A stretch of 63,666 nucleotides of DNA, filler included, from Platydemus manokwari (Eukaryota), in NCBI GenBank assembly GCA_037951405.1. It is 6 parts of 6 records of this genome, joined end to end, with 100 filler letters (N's around TTAATTAATTAA, not from the genome) between each part and the next. Parts side by side here need not be neighbours in the genome. Positions count along the whole stretch, not along the records: positions 1 to 12,659 come from JBBMOY010021125.1; 5 more parts are not named here. The stretch is one strand, 5' to 3'. Every line of letters begins with the position of its first letter. The stretch's first letter is position 1. Of this stretch, positions 1 to 12,759 are shown piece by piece. The notes under the pieces are model-generated. The model was not told the origin of the DNA. It saw only the letters and a list, made by a program, of their open reading frames with translations, and made no database searches. Position numbers and translations under genes: made by a program.

Positions 1-429
1 ATATTTTGATTGAATTTCATTAAATAAATATTTTAAAAAATGTTTTTGTTTTTTAAAAAAAAAGCCGGAATCATACTTTATAAATCCTTGAAAAACAAAA
101 CACCAATTTAAGAAAATACCGCTCTTATAAAAAAAGGCAGCTTATAAAATTTGAGGAAAAAATGAACAAATTGTAATAAATGCATTAGATACAGCGACTG
201 GATGAAATAAAAATATTTATTTAAAATTCCCTAGGGACAAATTAACGTGTGAAAAATCAACAAAGTTATCAACTGAAAAAAATAAAGAAAAAACCATAAC
301 TAATTATTTGTATATAAGTAGATTCAAAATCAGTACAAGACACTCACATAAATCGATCTTAAAAAATATCAAAAATACATTTTTAGTTAAATAATATCAA
401 TTTTGATAAAAATATTTCCAAATAGAAGA

Positions 430-833
430 TTTGGAGTTCATCAGACTCTGTTGGTGAATTATTTTTGCAATCAATTTGGATTACTACTGAGACGTTGTTA
501 TAATCGAATATTTGGAGAAAAAAATCTAAGAATCTGGTAAATTATTTTTTTTACTATTGCATGAAAGTCAATCATGTCTGGTTTCAAAGTAGTTATCGAG
601 TGATTAATCAACTTCCGTGTCTTAAAATACTTGTAATTTTAAAATATTTTGGTTGACTGAAGTAATTAAGTGAGAATATAGTCAAGGGATTCTTTCTGTT
701 AATTAATAATAATAAGCTTCTTAATGGCAATTAACATTTATCGTTTGTGGTTAATCCAGTTAATTTACAGATTGTTAGTAGACATACTGGAATTTCAGAT
801 AACCAGAGGGCAAAAATTACCGTGAAACAAGGG
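430..833 (+). mobile_element. Decayed RNase H domain of a retroelement
   Basis: 765-833 translates LQIVSRHTGISDNQRAKITVKQG, resembling the RNase H C-terminal motif WVxGHxGIxGNERADxLAKxG. Near 447-480 it reads SVGELF/AINL across a frameshift (cf. AELxAI). Many stops. Confidence 0.55.
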
Positions 834-1479
834 AATCGAATATAAAGTCACAGTGAGAATTCAACTCAGAAAAAAATCAATTTGAAAAAACAATTAGTTA
901 TTTTTTATTGTCGTTGCAAAAATTATTGTCAACTTTTATGTTAATTTACTTCTATTAGTAAATAAAACTTTTGAAGAAACAGATAATAATTGATCACAAG
1001 CTTGGAACTGAATCATTATCAAGTTTCTAAGCTAACTCATGTTTAAGCATATTAAATAAATAGTACTGTTGAGTAGAGACATCCCTACACAACCATACAG
1101 GCATGGTAATCAACAAATCATAGTTCACTTACATGGAAAACAATAATTGGAAGAATGAACATAGGCACACAATAACACATGCATAAGGAAATGATCAATC
1201 ATACAAATATAAAAACCAATAAGCCCAATAGAAATATGAAAAAGTAAAGATCAAATAAAAATGTGATACATGTGTGACACAAAAATTACACACAAATCTC
1301 GAGTATAAATGCCGAAATAAAGATGGTCAAATAACAGTTATAAACTAAATTTTGGTTACATGAATTGAAAAATTGTATTAAATTTATGAGTAGTACTTAG
1401 TAGTACGCGTATAGTTGAAAGTTTTAGTCGTCATTTAGTTGTAGTTTGTGATACTTTGTCATAATTAGAAATAAAAGTT

Positions 1480-2200
1480 ACATACTTTGATTTTTGGAGT
1501 CAGCAATTATTTGGTTATTCAGAATCAAGATCCAACAGTACTCACAAAACCCCACATATGTTAACTAATAGCGTATACATTAGAAAAAAGAATAAAAATA
1601 AGATCGAAAATGTGAGCCATAGGTTCATTATCTGATTTAGTTTTAATTTTAATTCGAAAATATAAATTATTTTAATTTCAATATCAAAAATAAAATAGAT
1701 ATATCTAAAAATAGAATCCAAACTAAAATCCTTGACAGTATAAATTCAAACGATTATTTAAATTCTAAAATGATTAAGTCTTCTAAAAAGAGTATTATCT
1801 TGTGAAGCTTTTGATAAAAATAATAAAAGCGATTTCGAAATCTTCTTCTAAGGATTTTATTAAGTTGGAATTCAGAAAAGATTCGAAAATACATCAATTA
1901 GTTCCGACAAAATTTATATTTTATAGAATTCTAAATCACACTTGAAAACATCTTGATGAAGGAAATTGGTCAACAATTGCTATAGGATTTCTTGTTGGTG
2001 ATTACATCACACAGTTTCAAGAGGAAAATTATAAAAAAGCTATTATTAGAAATTTTATATTTATTATGAATGAAATGTTTATAGATGATCATTAAATTAA
2101 AATAAATCGATTGATATCGAACAGGTTTTATATATTGAAGAAGATCCATTACTATTATCAACTGTTGGAACAGACTCCATATTTATATTGAAAAATCCCA
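1480..2200 (-). mobile_element. Degenerate non-LTR (LINE) reverse transcriptase fragment
   Basis: In the expected order on the minus strand: NC*PISFIKMFSSVI (cf. NYRPISLLSVFSKVL, ~1930-1980), LSKA (cf. DLSKAFD, ~1810) and CGVL (cf. GVPQGS, ~1550). Boundaries approximate. Confidence 0.55.
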
Positions 2201-4309
2201 ACTTAATAAAACAATTGATAAACATTGTGATTTTTACTTCAGACTATAAATAATTTTTTTTTAATTTTCTGATATATAATTAAGATGTGTAATGTTCCAG
2301 TAAGCAGAAGTCCTTCCATAATAAAGTAACTATTAGATAGAAGTTCGACTATACCATATTGTTGGAAAGACACCTGTTAAACCAAATTTGCTTAAGATAT
2401 TTTGAAACAAATAAAATCGCAAATTTAGTTACTTATCTTTAGTTAGTAGTTTCATTGAAGCTATTATAAATATTTTTTCAAATTTGGTTACTCAATAAAT
2501 TTATAGTTGAACAATTTTTCACATAACACTTATTAATCTTCTTCTTAAACGTCGAAATTGTATTTTCCATTTGGGTTTTTATTTCATCAAGTATTTGAAA
2601 TTCAGTTTATCAAAAAGTAATTTACAACAAGGAAATAATGTTTCAACTAGATGCTATTTGGTAAAGAAATTATTTTAAAATGTTTTGAAATTTAAATTTA
2701 AGTAAAATAAGTTAATTAAATATTATTTCAAATTACTAAAATGGTAAATTTAATTGATAATCTCCGTTTATTAATTTTTAATTTACACTAATATACTGAA
2801 TGATAATTCTTACCGGATTGCGATATCTCTGATAATTAACCCAGACGGCTAGTTGATAATTACATATTAAGTTTCCACAACGAATAATCTACGAACAGAA
2901 ATATAGTCCAAATCTTTCGATTTTATGGATATCTTCATTTTTTTTCTATTTCACAAAGCAGTCTCATCGGCAATAATCGACAATTATCAGTAGCCGATAT
3001 GACCTACCATGTTACACGAGTAAAGTATTACACCCATTCATTTCTAAATTGTCTTTTAGTTGGTGGAAACACAATTTTGATTTTAAATTTCGTACGTTTG
3101 GAAAACATTGTTAATAAACACGAAATTAAAACAAGGTAAAAATTCTTTTTTAAATTGAATGAACACACTAAATTTTATATTCATTATAAATCGCTGTACA
3201 AAGATGATGTAATTTTAAAAATACAGTATTGTAAGTCAGTAAAAGAAAAATAATAATCCATCATACCAATTCTAATCCGAAAAATTCCTGATTACAACAA
3301 AAAGAAGTTGCCCCGTGTTTATCCGGATATATTAAAGTTTATAAAAATGATTTATTATTTCGTTGCTTTTCACAATCCTCTTATATAACTCCCACACATT
3401 CATCATTTGTTGACGAAGTAGGAAAAACAAGTACATGCTATTATAACTTTTTTCTATGAAATTTCTATAAATGAAATTACCATCAGAAAAATAATGTAAC
3501 GAAATATTCAATAATAATGTAGTGAAATTTTTACTTTTCTTTTGATAAGATATGGGAAAAAATTCCGAAACCTTTTCTATTATTTTCTATTGCCATTGTT
3601 TTTATAAATATTCACAATGGATGATTTTATCAGTAATGATTTTGTAAATAATTGAGTGCAATTTCGTATAATTTTTACACGAAAATAAATATCATAATCC
3701 ATATTAAATCTAATGTATATTTATCGCACATTGGAATTATGAAGTCTCTAACCAATTGTTTATAGTACCTTTCAATTTAAAAATGGGTAACACTGAAAAT
3801 TTACGGCAGCAAAATATTGTAGCAGAAACTGATAAATATTGAGATAGTTCTCAATATTGAGAAAAATTTCCACAAATACAAAGATGCTTGCATTCCCATT
3901 ATCCAGTGTTTCTCTTTCATTACAACACACAAATACAAACAGACTCACTGGGCTATTTGTCAATAGGCACATCAAATCGGTTTTCTGTAGACGAGTACAG
4001 ACAAAATTTGAACACACAACAGAAAAACATTGATGAAAGTTTTTGTGTGTAATTTTCTTTCTCCGATATTAGGAAATGAAATTATTTATTCCATATCGTA
4101 CTGAATGAGGAGGAAAACATGTACTGATTTTCTATTAAAGATGTTACAATTACTACTATAAGCCAAATAATTGAAAAAAACCTTCAACGAATCACCATGA
4201 AAATTAGTATGATCTAAACTGACGAAAACATTCGGTATTTGGTCGAGTGTTTAGTGGTTTCTTAATCAAAAACGGTCGATATGGGATTGTGGTATTTGAC
4301 AAATCTAAC

Positions 4310-5278
4310 ATGTTGATTTTGCTATCGACATCTTTTATCATTGTACTGAACAAATCCAGTTTTCACTCGCATGTGATGAAGCCGCATGTCTGTATCTCTT
4401 ACTCAAACACTGATGATTACATAACTAGATCAACAATCTACAATTACTATCATACTCAATATCCATTGCCAACGCATATGGTAATGTCCAAGAGGGCCCC
4501 AGATAATAGCGTTGTGACTTACACCACTTATTCATCACCAAAACCGCAAAACAATGAATCAAAATCAAATAAAATGCCAAAAAGTCATTATTTGCACACT
4601 CTATCTGTTGAAGATGCACAACAAGAGAAACGTAATCGAATATTACGCCAAAAAAGCAGCACAGAAACTAGTGGATTAGGTAGCAGTCTTGACTATACTT
4701 CGGCAGACGATCTCAATAATCGATCGACATCTAATTCACGAAGACAATCCTCAACGTCAAATGCCATTCTTGAGGCCAAAATTATTTATTCAAGAAAAAC
4801 TAGTCCAGTTCCAGTTACTAACAGAAAAGTATCATGGAGGACTTTACCTAATCAATCTATCAGTTCTAATCCAATGACTAGGGGATTTTCGAGATCAGAA
4901 AACTTCACGTTGGAAACAATCGAAAGCAGTGGCAGTAGTCATGCAAATAATGACCATAGTACTCCTCAGTCGTTGACTGAAAACGATCAGAATATACGCG
5001 TTGCTAAGCAACAGTCAAAATACAAGAATGCGGATTTATTTCATGAAAAAGATTCGAATATCTATCATAATAATTCGGATTGGATTTTTACACAAAATGC
5101 AAAACAGAGAGTCTATTATAACTATGAACTTGATTTTGGCACAATGGTTTACAACAGTGATGAAGCTGAAGATCCTGCATGTCCTCCGGAACATTTACAT
5201 CAAAACACAGGTTTTTATTGGATTAATTTTTATATTTTTCACAGAGAGAATCTAGAGAAATATCACAATGTTGACTAG
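4310..5278 (+). CDS. Uncharacterised Ser/Asn/Thr-rich, probably disordered protein (single long ORF; start codon uncertain, ATG at 4310 or 4376)
   Basis: The 343-codon open frame (4247-5278) is far longer than chance frames in this AT-rich DNA. No family recognised. Contains RRQSS, RKTSP and RKVSW motifs. Confidence 0.7.
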   Translation: MLILLSTSFIIVLNKSSFHSHVMKPHVCISYSNTDDYITRSTIYNYYHTQYPLPTHMVMSKRAPDNSVVTYTTYSSPKPQNNESKSNKMPKSHYLHTLSVEDAQQEKRNRILRQKSSTETSGLGSSLDYTSADDLNNRSTSNSRRQSSTSNAILEAKIIYSRKTSPVPVTNRKVSWRTLPNQSISSNPMTRGFSRSENFTLETIESSGSSHANNDHSTPQSLTENDQNIRVAKQQSKYKNADLFHEKDSNIYHNNSDWIFTQNAKQRVYYNYELDFGTMVYNSDEAEDPACPPEHLHQNTGFYWINFYIFHRENLEKYHNVD

Positions 5279-6949
5279 ACATCATTTTATGAGATATTAT
5301 TCATAGAAACAGTTTTTAAACTAAGGGGTGGTGAGAAAGTAATCCAAAGAATATCTTTTTAATTCATTTTTTTTGCGAAGGTATTGCAATGGAGGGAAGT
5401 TTTGCAAACTCCATTTACCAATTGCAATCACACCAGGATGAAGTGGAATAATGATTTCTAGTTTCCTATAAAACCATTTATAACCATAAACTCACGTAGT
5501 CATCTTTCAGTAATATTGCTGTCCACCCACTCTTACAATTGAAGACAGTGAATTAACAGAATAAATAAAAGTATTTGTTAAATTTAAAAAAATATCCCAA
5601 CTAAACACTAGCATTTTTTCTCGACTGTATTTGTGATTACTCGAAAATAAATATATTTCAACATTAAAGACTTTTCTCGGATCAATTTAGGAGATTTTGT
5701 TTTTGTTGACGTCTAAGGTTTTAATATAAATTTATTTCTCCTTTTGACATAGCATCAATACATCACGAAGCTTAACTTCGAATGATGTTGTCCTGACTCC
5801 GAAAAAGAGAATATCGATTTTAATGAAATAAAAATATTGGTATAACAATTGATAGTAACTATTTTATATTTTTTAAAATTTTTTTGAAATTCAAATTTTG
5901 TGATCTTCTCCATATTTTCAACATGTTATTGTACTGAAAAATTAATTGATGCAAGAATTAAACAACTTTGAATATGTCCCTACATTGATAGGAAAAGTTT
6001 AATAGAAATTTATATATGAAATAACCATTCCTTTATCAAAGAGTTTTGTTTTCTGAAATAGATTATTTGACCTTTAAAAAGAATTGATTTTCAAAATTTC
6101 GATTGTTTTACTATATAGTCAAAAATCATGTGATGGGAATTCTAATTAAAAATGATTATTAAAATACTTATTCCCATTAATGTTGATAGACTCGAAAATA
6201 TAAATCAACGAAGATGGAGCAATAAGACTTGTTCCAACTCATAGACATAATGGTTTTCGGTAGGAAAAATCATCGATTATTCAATGAAGTAAGGGATTTC
6301 AAATATTAGTACATGATTTCTATAATTGATTTTCTACACAAATATTTTAATTTTCATTAAAAGCAATTATTGAAGGATAAAACAATTGCATCTGTTTTAT
6401 TAAACACTGAATGTGAAGCTATTCGGTGGGAAATGAAAAATAGCAATTGTTCGAGAAACGATTTTTGATGGAGAAATTAAGCGAACAGAATAAGTTTTTC
6501 AAAACAAAATTAAACAGTCAAGGCGTTAATAGAAGAAACTGGAGAAAAAACATAAAATTTACTCGTAATAATAAAAAGAGAATCATATTTTTTGATTTTT
6601 CAGCCTACATAAACAGAATTATTATTTTTGTAACGGAAAAATTAATGCGATTAAATTTATAAGTTCTCACTTGATAAGATTAAAGATTATTGAATATCGA
6701 TTACAAAATTTCGTTCGTCATATAAATTTTTAAAACAAATTCTTATAAGTGGTATAACCTGGGAAATATTATAATTTTTATTGAATTTCTTTTCTTGCTT
6801 TGATAATCTTGACCAAAACAATAATTGACAAAAAATAATTATTATATTATAAATAATAATTCTGACAAATTATGTTTTCTTCCATCAAACAATTTCCATG
6901 AATATTAATGATGACCAAAAAATCATATTTGTATATCTACAGTAAAGAT

Positions 6950-7720
6950 AAGTCTGTGTTTCCTTACTACTGTCACTCCAGTATGCATTCCTTCTTGTAA
7001 CTTAAGCATCATGTTTTTCATTGAACTCTACAAACTATGAATATCAGCCGAATATGTTTTATCGATTTTTGGAATTAATAATTTTTTTGAATTGTTATTA
7101 GTAGTATATAAAAGTATATCTAAAAATATTTTAAAAGTTCATGATGAAAAACAAAACATTCTGTTTGAGTGTTATGGGTATTTTATCAATAAATAAGAGA
7201 TCGAAACAATATAGATTAACAAAACCATTTTATCGACTTCTATTTGATCTTCCATCATCGATAATATTTGACCTTTTAAGTCAATAATTATTTTTCACAA
7301 AACATTAATCCATACACATCAAACTTTTCAAAGCGTCGTCTATTTGGTGATAATTGAATTTAATAATATCATCCAAAAAAGTTTTAATAAAGGGATTGAT
7401 ATAAAAGGGGATATATAAAAAGGGATTGAAATAAAAAAAAATATAACTGATGGGAAAATTAGCTCTAAGAAAGATTAATTAGATATGAAAAAGATGTAAA
7501 ATTAAAATATTGGAGCAATTACTCTCTTCCATCAAAATTTGGATTTTAAATGTTTCAAATTGGATGAAAACCGTCTTCAGTAAATGAATAAGATGAGTCA
7601 TTATTTTTCTTTTTTTGAAAACTTTTTGCTCGTATGAAGTGTCCAATTTTTCTATTAAATCTTCAAATATAAAATTTTAAAAGCAAACAAAGATATTTCC
7701 CACAATTTCCATTCATATGG
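6950..7720 (-). mobile_element. Degenerate LINE RT fragment
   Basis: Minus-strand EDGFHP (cf. GPDGIHP), ANFPIS (cf. NYRPIS), LSPN (cf. LSPNQHGF) and LFID, in RT order. Heavily disrupted. Confidence 0.4.
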
Positions 7721-8717
7721 TGTTTGTTTAAAATCTCTTTATACATAATTGAAATTAATTTTTAACTCGATCAATTAATTACGACACATTCCAAAACAAT
7801 AGAAACCTAATAAATTTTCCATTTCATCCATCTTTGTTTATATGTGAGTGAGAAATTCCAACATTAATTTCTGTTTTATATACATTTTGTAATGATTAAT
7901 CCAATGATTAAAAAACTAATAAAAACATCGTAGAATGCCGCTCTTTTTGAAATATAGGTTCTTTCGGGTTTTTAAACATATTGTTGGCTTACCATATCAG
8001 TAATTTATTATATTGTAATTGCTGATCATATAATATAAACGAGGAAAAATAAATTTATTTTAATTAATTATCACTTTAGTTTAAGGTCTATAAATATTTT
8101 TCCTACATTTCTGCTATTTTCGATGCACTTTCAACGCTACGTTAATAAACTCTGAATTCGCTTTTATAGAGATTTGAGTACATTTTGATATGGGGATTTG
8201 GTGATAAAATGAATATATATCTTAGATTTTTAAATAAATCTACAAAATATAAAAAAATACTTTGATAATCAATAAACACACACAAAAAACCCAATTTCAA
8301 CATATTTCGGTGATTCCATGTTTTAAAAAACAAGTTAGAATTATAAATTACATTTCTACTATTGTTGGGTTTACCTGGTGAGGAACACAACAATACTTGT
8401 TAACTTATTTATCTGGTTCCAAAAGACAAATAAACTGATCACTAAGATTTATTTATAATTATGCACGAACTCACCCAACGAACAAGGTTTAATCACAATG
8501 GCCAAGCCCTTACATAAGTTTGTCAATAAAAATTAGAAATACTGGCCAAGGATCTACTTCTGATCTTACTACTGTATTCGTAAATACTATTACAATACAA
8601 ATAAACTTTACCGGTGATCCAAAATACTTTTATGTTCGCCTTTTATTTTATTTATCTTTAATTACACGTATTTGTAGACATTATTGTGAATACACTTTGA
8701 TAAAGAAAAATAAATAA

Positions 8718-9142
8718 CTAAAATGACATGTCATCATTTTCGTTACAATAATCTTCTGGAATTGGTTTTTTGCCTCAGTGGTTTCTCTTCATTTTCTTCA
8801 GAAATTCCTCCTTGCTAAATTTTTCTTCTTATTCAGGTCAGCAATCGAGCTATGTTGTCTGATCAAGAAATTCTACGAATGGCGATCTTGATAGGATTGC
8901 CTCAGCATTTATAACGGTTTCCTTGCAGCACTATGCAGTAAACCAATAAATTTTATTTTCGTATGTCAAATTCTCATTAATTTTTTTTCTACCTCTAAAT
9001 CGGTCGAATTACTTGTACGGATTCATAATTTCTCGAAAAGACCCGAGTCCAATTTCTCACCAACTTTACTACGTACTTTGGCCTGCATTTGTTCCTATTT
9101 TGTGACAATTTATCTATGATCTATAATTGATATCACTTCCAC
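8718..9142 (-). pseudogene. Possible decayed coding fragment with a phase-0 62-nt GT-AG intron (8931-8992)
   Basis: Spliced frame reads VEVISIIDHR*IVTK*EQMQAKVRSKVGEKLDSGLFEKL*IRTSNSTDLE|CCKETVINAEAILSRSPFVEFLDQTT*... It has 7 internal stops in 120 codons, not clearly below chance, so support is weak. Confidence 0.25.
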
Positions 9143-10029
9143 TATCAAATATCAGAACAATTACTTATTTTAAAATTTTATTTTATTTTCTATTATTTAG
9201 TTTTAATTTATATTTTTATCAGCTAGGTTCTTAATTATTGTAATTTTCCTGCTAATTGGCAATTTCCTCTTCACGGTTAATAAACGAAACTACCATGGAT
9301 ATTCACAAATTATATTGTTGCATTTCAAATATTTGTGCTAGCTAAATATCAGTGTTCTGTTTTCAATTTTAGCCACAAATTTTCAAAATTCTACAATTGA
9401 AACCCATCATAAACTTATTTCAATTCAAATATAGTAGAAATACTAAAAATCATCAAATTTCCTTCATTGAAAGATCAATTTAGTAATTAAAAAAACTAAA
9501 TCCCATTTCAAATGTTAATAAGATAATTTTATTAATAGCTTTGTTTAAATATTAATGTATTCATTTACGTTCTGGTATTTTAGAACAAACTATCAAATAT
9601 TCTGACAATAAACATGACTAATTTAGTTCTTGGCAAAATTTAAATCTATCTTTGATGATTCTCTCTGTTAATCATTATGCTATTGAAAAAAAAAATTTCA
9701 ACAGACTTATATAAAAAATTGAAACAATGTATTGTATTAATATAATTGGTTTCTTTTTTCATTTTTATGAGTTTGTTCGTCATTGTTAAAAGTTTGACAA
9801 GAATGGTATTAATAACAATTGCAACAGCAACAACAATAAATAAATATATAAGGCATAACATAAATGAATTATTTTAACAAAAAGCAGATCACGGTACAAA
9901 GAATTAAAATAAGCTAAATAACTGCAGAAATTAATAATATTATTTATATTAGATATTATCATAGAATGTGTATTTGTTCTTTCGTTTTTCTCTATCGCTG
10001 TGCTTCCAACCTATTCAGTCATTAATAGT

Positions 10030-10900
10030 TAAAATAAATATAATGCTCTGAAGTTAAAAATTGTTGCGAGTACTGGATTAAGTAACAGAACCCTTAACAA
10101 ACACGTGATTCACTACAGAACCCCATGCCATTAATTTATTCATAAAATTATATGTGAACAATGCTCGTAATAAGTTGAAAAATATTGAAATACATTTGAC
10201 GAACAAACGTAAAGAATGTTATCGTGCCGGAAATCATTTGACGATGTAGTCCCTGTTTTGTTCTTTTGTCTAACTGGAAAAGAGTTGAGCAAAAGTGGCT
10301 GGCGGAACTTTAGTGGAAACCACCAATATTGAAAGTACTATCTTATTAAGGGAACTTTAGATAAGAAGCCCATTGGATTATAGTTCACGAATCAAAACTT
10401 TTTTAGAAACCACGTGATAAAACCAAAAACCAATAACACTAGTTTATTCATTGATAAATCAATCCAAATTGGATAGCCACAAATTACAAATTTCTATTAA
10501 ATAATTTATTTTTGGTTTTTTATTTACAAGAATAAATCCGAATTAAAATGTTCATTAATCCAATTTACGGTGCAAATTTTTCCAAGTTAATTGTTACTTT
10601 CTAATGAACTTTTGATTGGACATTTAATCAATTATGAAAGAATAATTGAAAAATTTGCCTCACTCAGAACTTGGCAACGTTTCCAATGTCGTTATTTTAT
10701 TTATAAAAATTAAACTGCTATCATAAGTTCACTGTTGGCAATTAAAGGAAATGTTAAATTCCATTGAAATTATGTTTGGTTAAATTTCGACTTGAAAATC
10801 TATTTTCCAATCAAAATCTTAATAAGATTAATGGAAAAATTGATTTATGCTGCCAATCATGTAATGAATGGACAGGTTTTGTTCGATCTTGATTATCGTG
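10030..10900 (+). mobile_element. Decayed Ty3/Gypsy gag-pro-RT remnant
   Basis: ECYRAGNHL (broken CCHC knuckle, ~10214-10240), PIYGANF (cf. protease ILGxDF, ~10560) and NGQVLFDLDYR (cf. RT start DGSxRLCVDYR, ~10867-10900), in Gypsy order. Confidence 0.5.
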
Positions 10901-11369
10901 TGATATTCTATATTTTTTTGATTTGACATATTACGGTTACGAGGACCGTAAAAATATGAATCAGTATAGCTAATATTGCTGTATGGTTGGTATGAGTTGA
11001 GAAATTAACAACGAAAATTCGTGACATTGTGTTGAGATTTCATTGAAAAGTTTTTATTTGATAAACTAGTAAGTGTGCTTAAATGACATTCGCTTTCCAA
11101 TCTCACTATTTCTATATAATGTCACATTCCACTTCTATCGAAAGCTGAGTTTTAAATTCATTAAAATAGAAATTATCTGACTAAATATTCAACTATAATT
11201 TTACAAACATTGATAAATATTTTTGTATTGGTCATTTGTTTCCAGTATTTTCAGAAAAAAAGTTTAAAAAATTTATTTATTATATATCATATTACGGTCA
11301 ATGCATAAAAATATTTTCATTAAAAATGGAATTAAACTTCCTTCACAACTACTCATCATGCCTCACAAA

Positions 11370-11830
11370 ACTAAACATTTCGCATAACTCTGCCGACTTT
11401 GCAGAACAAATATTGAATAAGTAGTCCATATCCATATTCACTGTTCAACTGTTGTTTATAGGAATGCAAAACACCATAAACTATTTCTTGCCTTCGTAGA
11501 CAATATCTTCACTCCCTTGGATTTCATGTTGATGCTAATTGCTCTCATTATAAAATCACAAAAACTCTGATGTCTGACCTGATTAATAAGAACGAAATTA
11601 AATTGCCAAACTTTCATCATTGACCTCAAAATTCTTTAAGATCATGAAACAAGTTCTTGAACTACTGTTCATTAAGCATAACTGTCTTTCTGCACAAATC
11701 TGTATAGCTTCTAGGCATGTGATGCACATTGATGTTAGGTTCTTGTATTCTCTCTATTCCAGGACTTGATTAGAAATGTACCAGTTTTAAGTCTTCTCCC
11801 TATTCTCCACACTATCAAATAACTTTTATG
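11370..11830 (-). mobile_element. Degenerate LINE RT fragment
   Basis: Weak RT-like motifs on the minus strand (QH.. cf. QHGF, ~11525; ITCL.A cf. ITLL..YKI, ~11715). Boundaries approximate. Confidence 0.3.
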
Positions 11831-12659
11831 CTATTTATTGTGTCCATACGGACCGGCTAAAAGCTCCTTTTCTTCCTAGTATCTAATTAACTTAATATTA
11901 AATAAATAAATAATAAAATTATCATCACTATCCATCATTTTTAAGATAAGACCTTAAAAATAAACTTAATACTCTCTTACTCAAACATTGCAACATTAAC
12001 TTTTTGAAATACAATAAAGCCTTCAGTAACACATGTCAGCAAACAATTACAGTAGCAATTCCTCAGTCAAAATAACAACTCTTCGATTAGCAATAAAGTA
12101 CTCAAAATCAATTATCTTTCCAAAATTTAATAAAATCTTTCTGATCATGATCAATACACCTTACAAGCAAACGATAATAAAGCCTTTCGAGCCACAACAG
12201 AATTCTGACTAAACACCTCAGTATCAAATCATTGCACAATTGCAAACTATTCCAACAAAATACCAAAATAGCTAATCTCTTCCAATTAAGGAAACGTTTC
12301 TAATCAAGGATCCAGCGTTTAAAGTCGATCTGGGAGTTCATTCTCCCGGACCGTGAAGATTTTATATTTATGCGCAAAATATATTTAATTAAATTACCTA
12401 ATCGTTATTTAGTTAATATTATTTTTAATTAATTAACAATTAATACATGTAATCAAATTTTTATATCAAATTATTATTTATAATTTTTAAATTTTAGTTG
12501 AAAAAATTCTAGTTTAATGTTTTAAATTGTAATTTCAAATAATCTTTGTTTTGTAATAATAAGTTGATAATTTTATCAGTAATAATAACTTTACTTTCAT
12601 CCGTTTTGCACATGGCAATAATTTGTATTATTTAAATAAATAAATAAATAAATACACAC

Positions 12660-12759
12660 NNNNNNNNNNNNNNNNNNNNNNNNNNNNNNNNNNNNNNNNN
12701 NNNTTAATTAATTAANNNNNNNNNNNNNNNNNNNNNNNNNNNNNNNNNNNNNNNNNNNN
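12660..12759. other. Artificial assembly spacer (44N-TTAATTAATTAA-44N)
   Basis: Exactly 100 bp. The palindromic core gives stop codons in all six frames. Identical at five places. Confidence 0.97.

Noticed and set aside
405-450. Minus-strand CTGATGA-hairpin-GAAA as a hammerhead ribozyme
   Set aside because: Stem II does not close adjacent to the core and stems I and III are not evident. Other CTGATGA sites I checked also failed.
3772-4017. Cys-rich 81-aa ORF or piggyBac C-terminal domain
   Set aside because: Non-ATG start, and only vague Cys spacing with stops in the alternative frame.
5880-6660. LINE endonuclease remnant and ORF 6447-6662
   Set aside because: Motif resemblance too weak to support by eye.
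12704-12715. Recurring palindrome TTAATTAATTAA as a biological repeat
   Set aside because: At five places it is centred in 44N flanks totalling exactly 100 bp, which marks it as an assembly linker.
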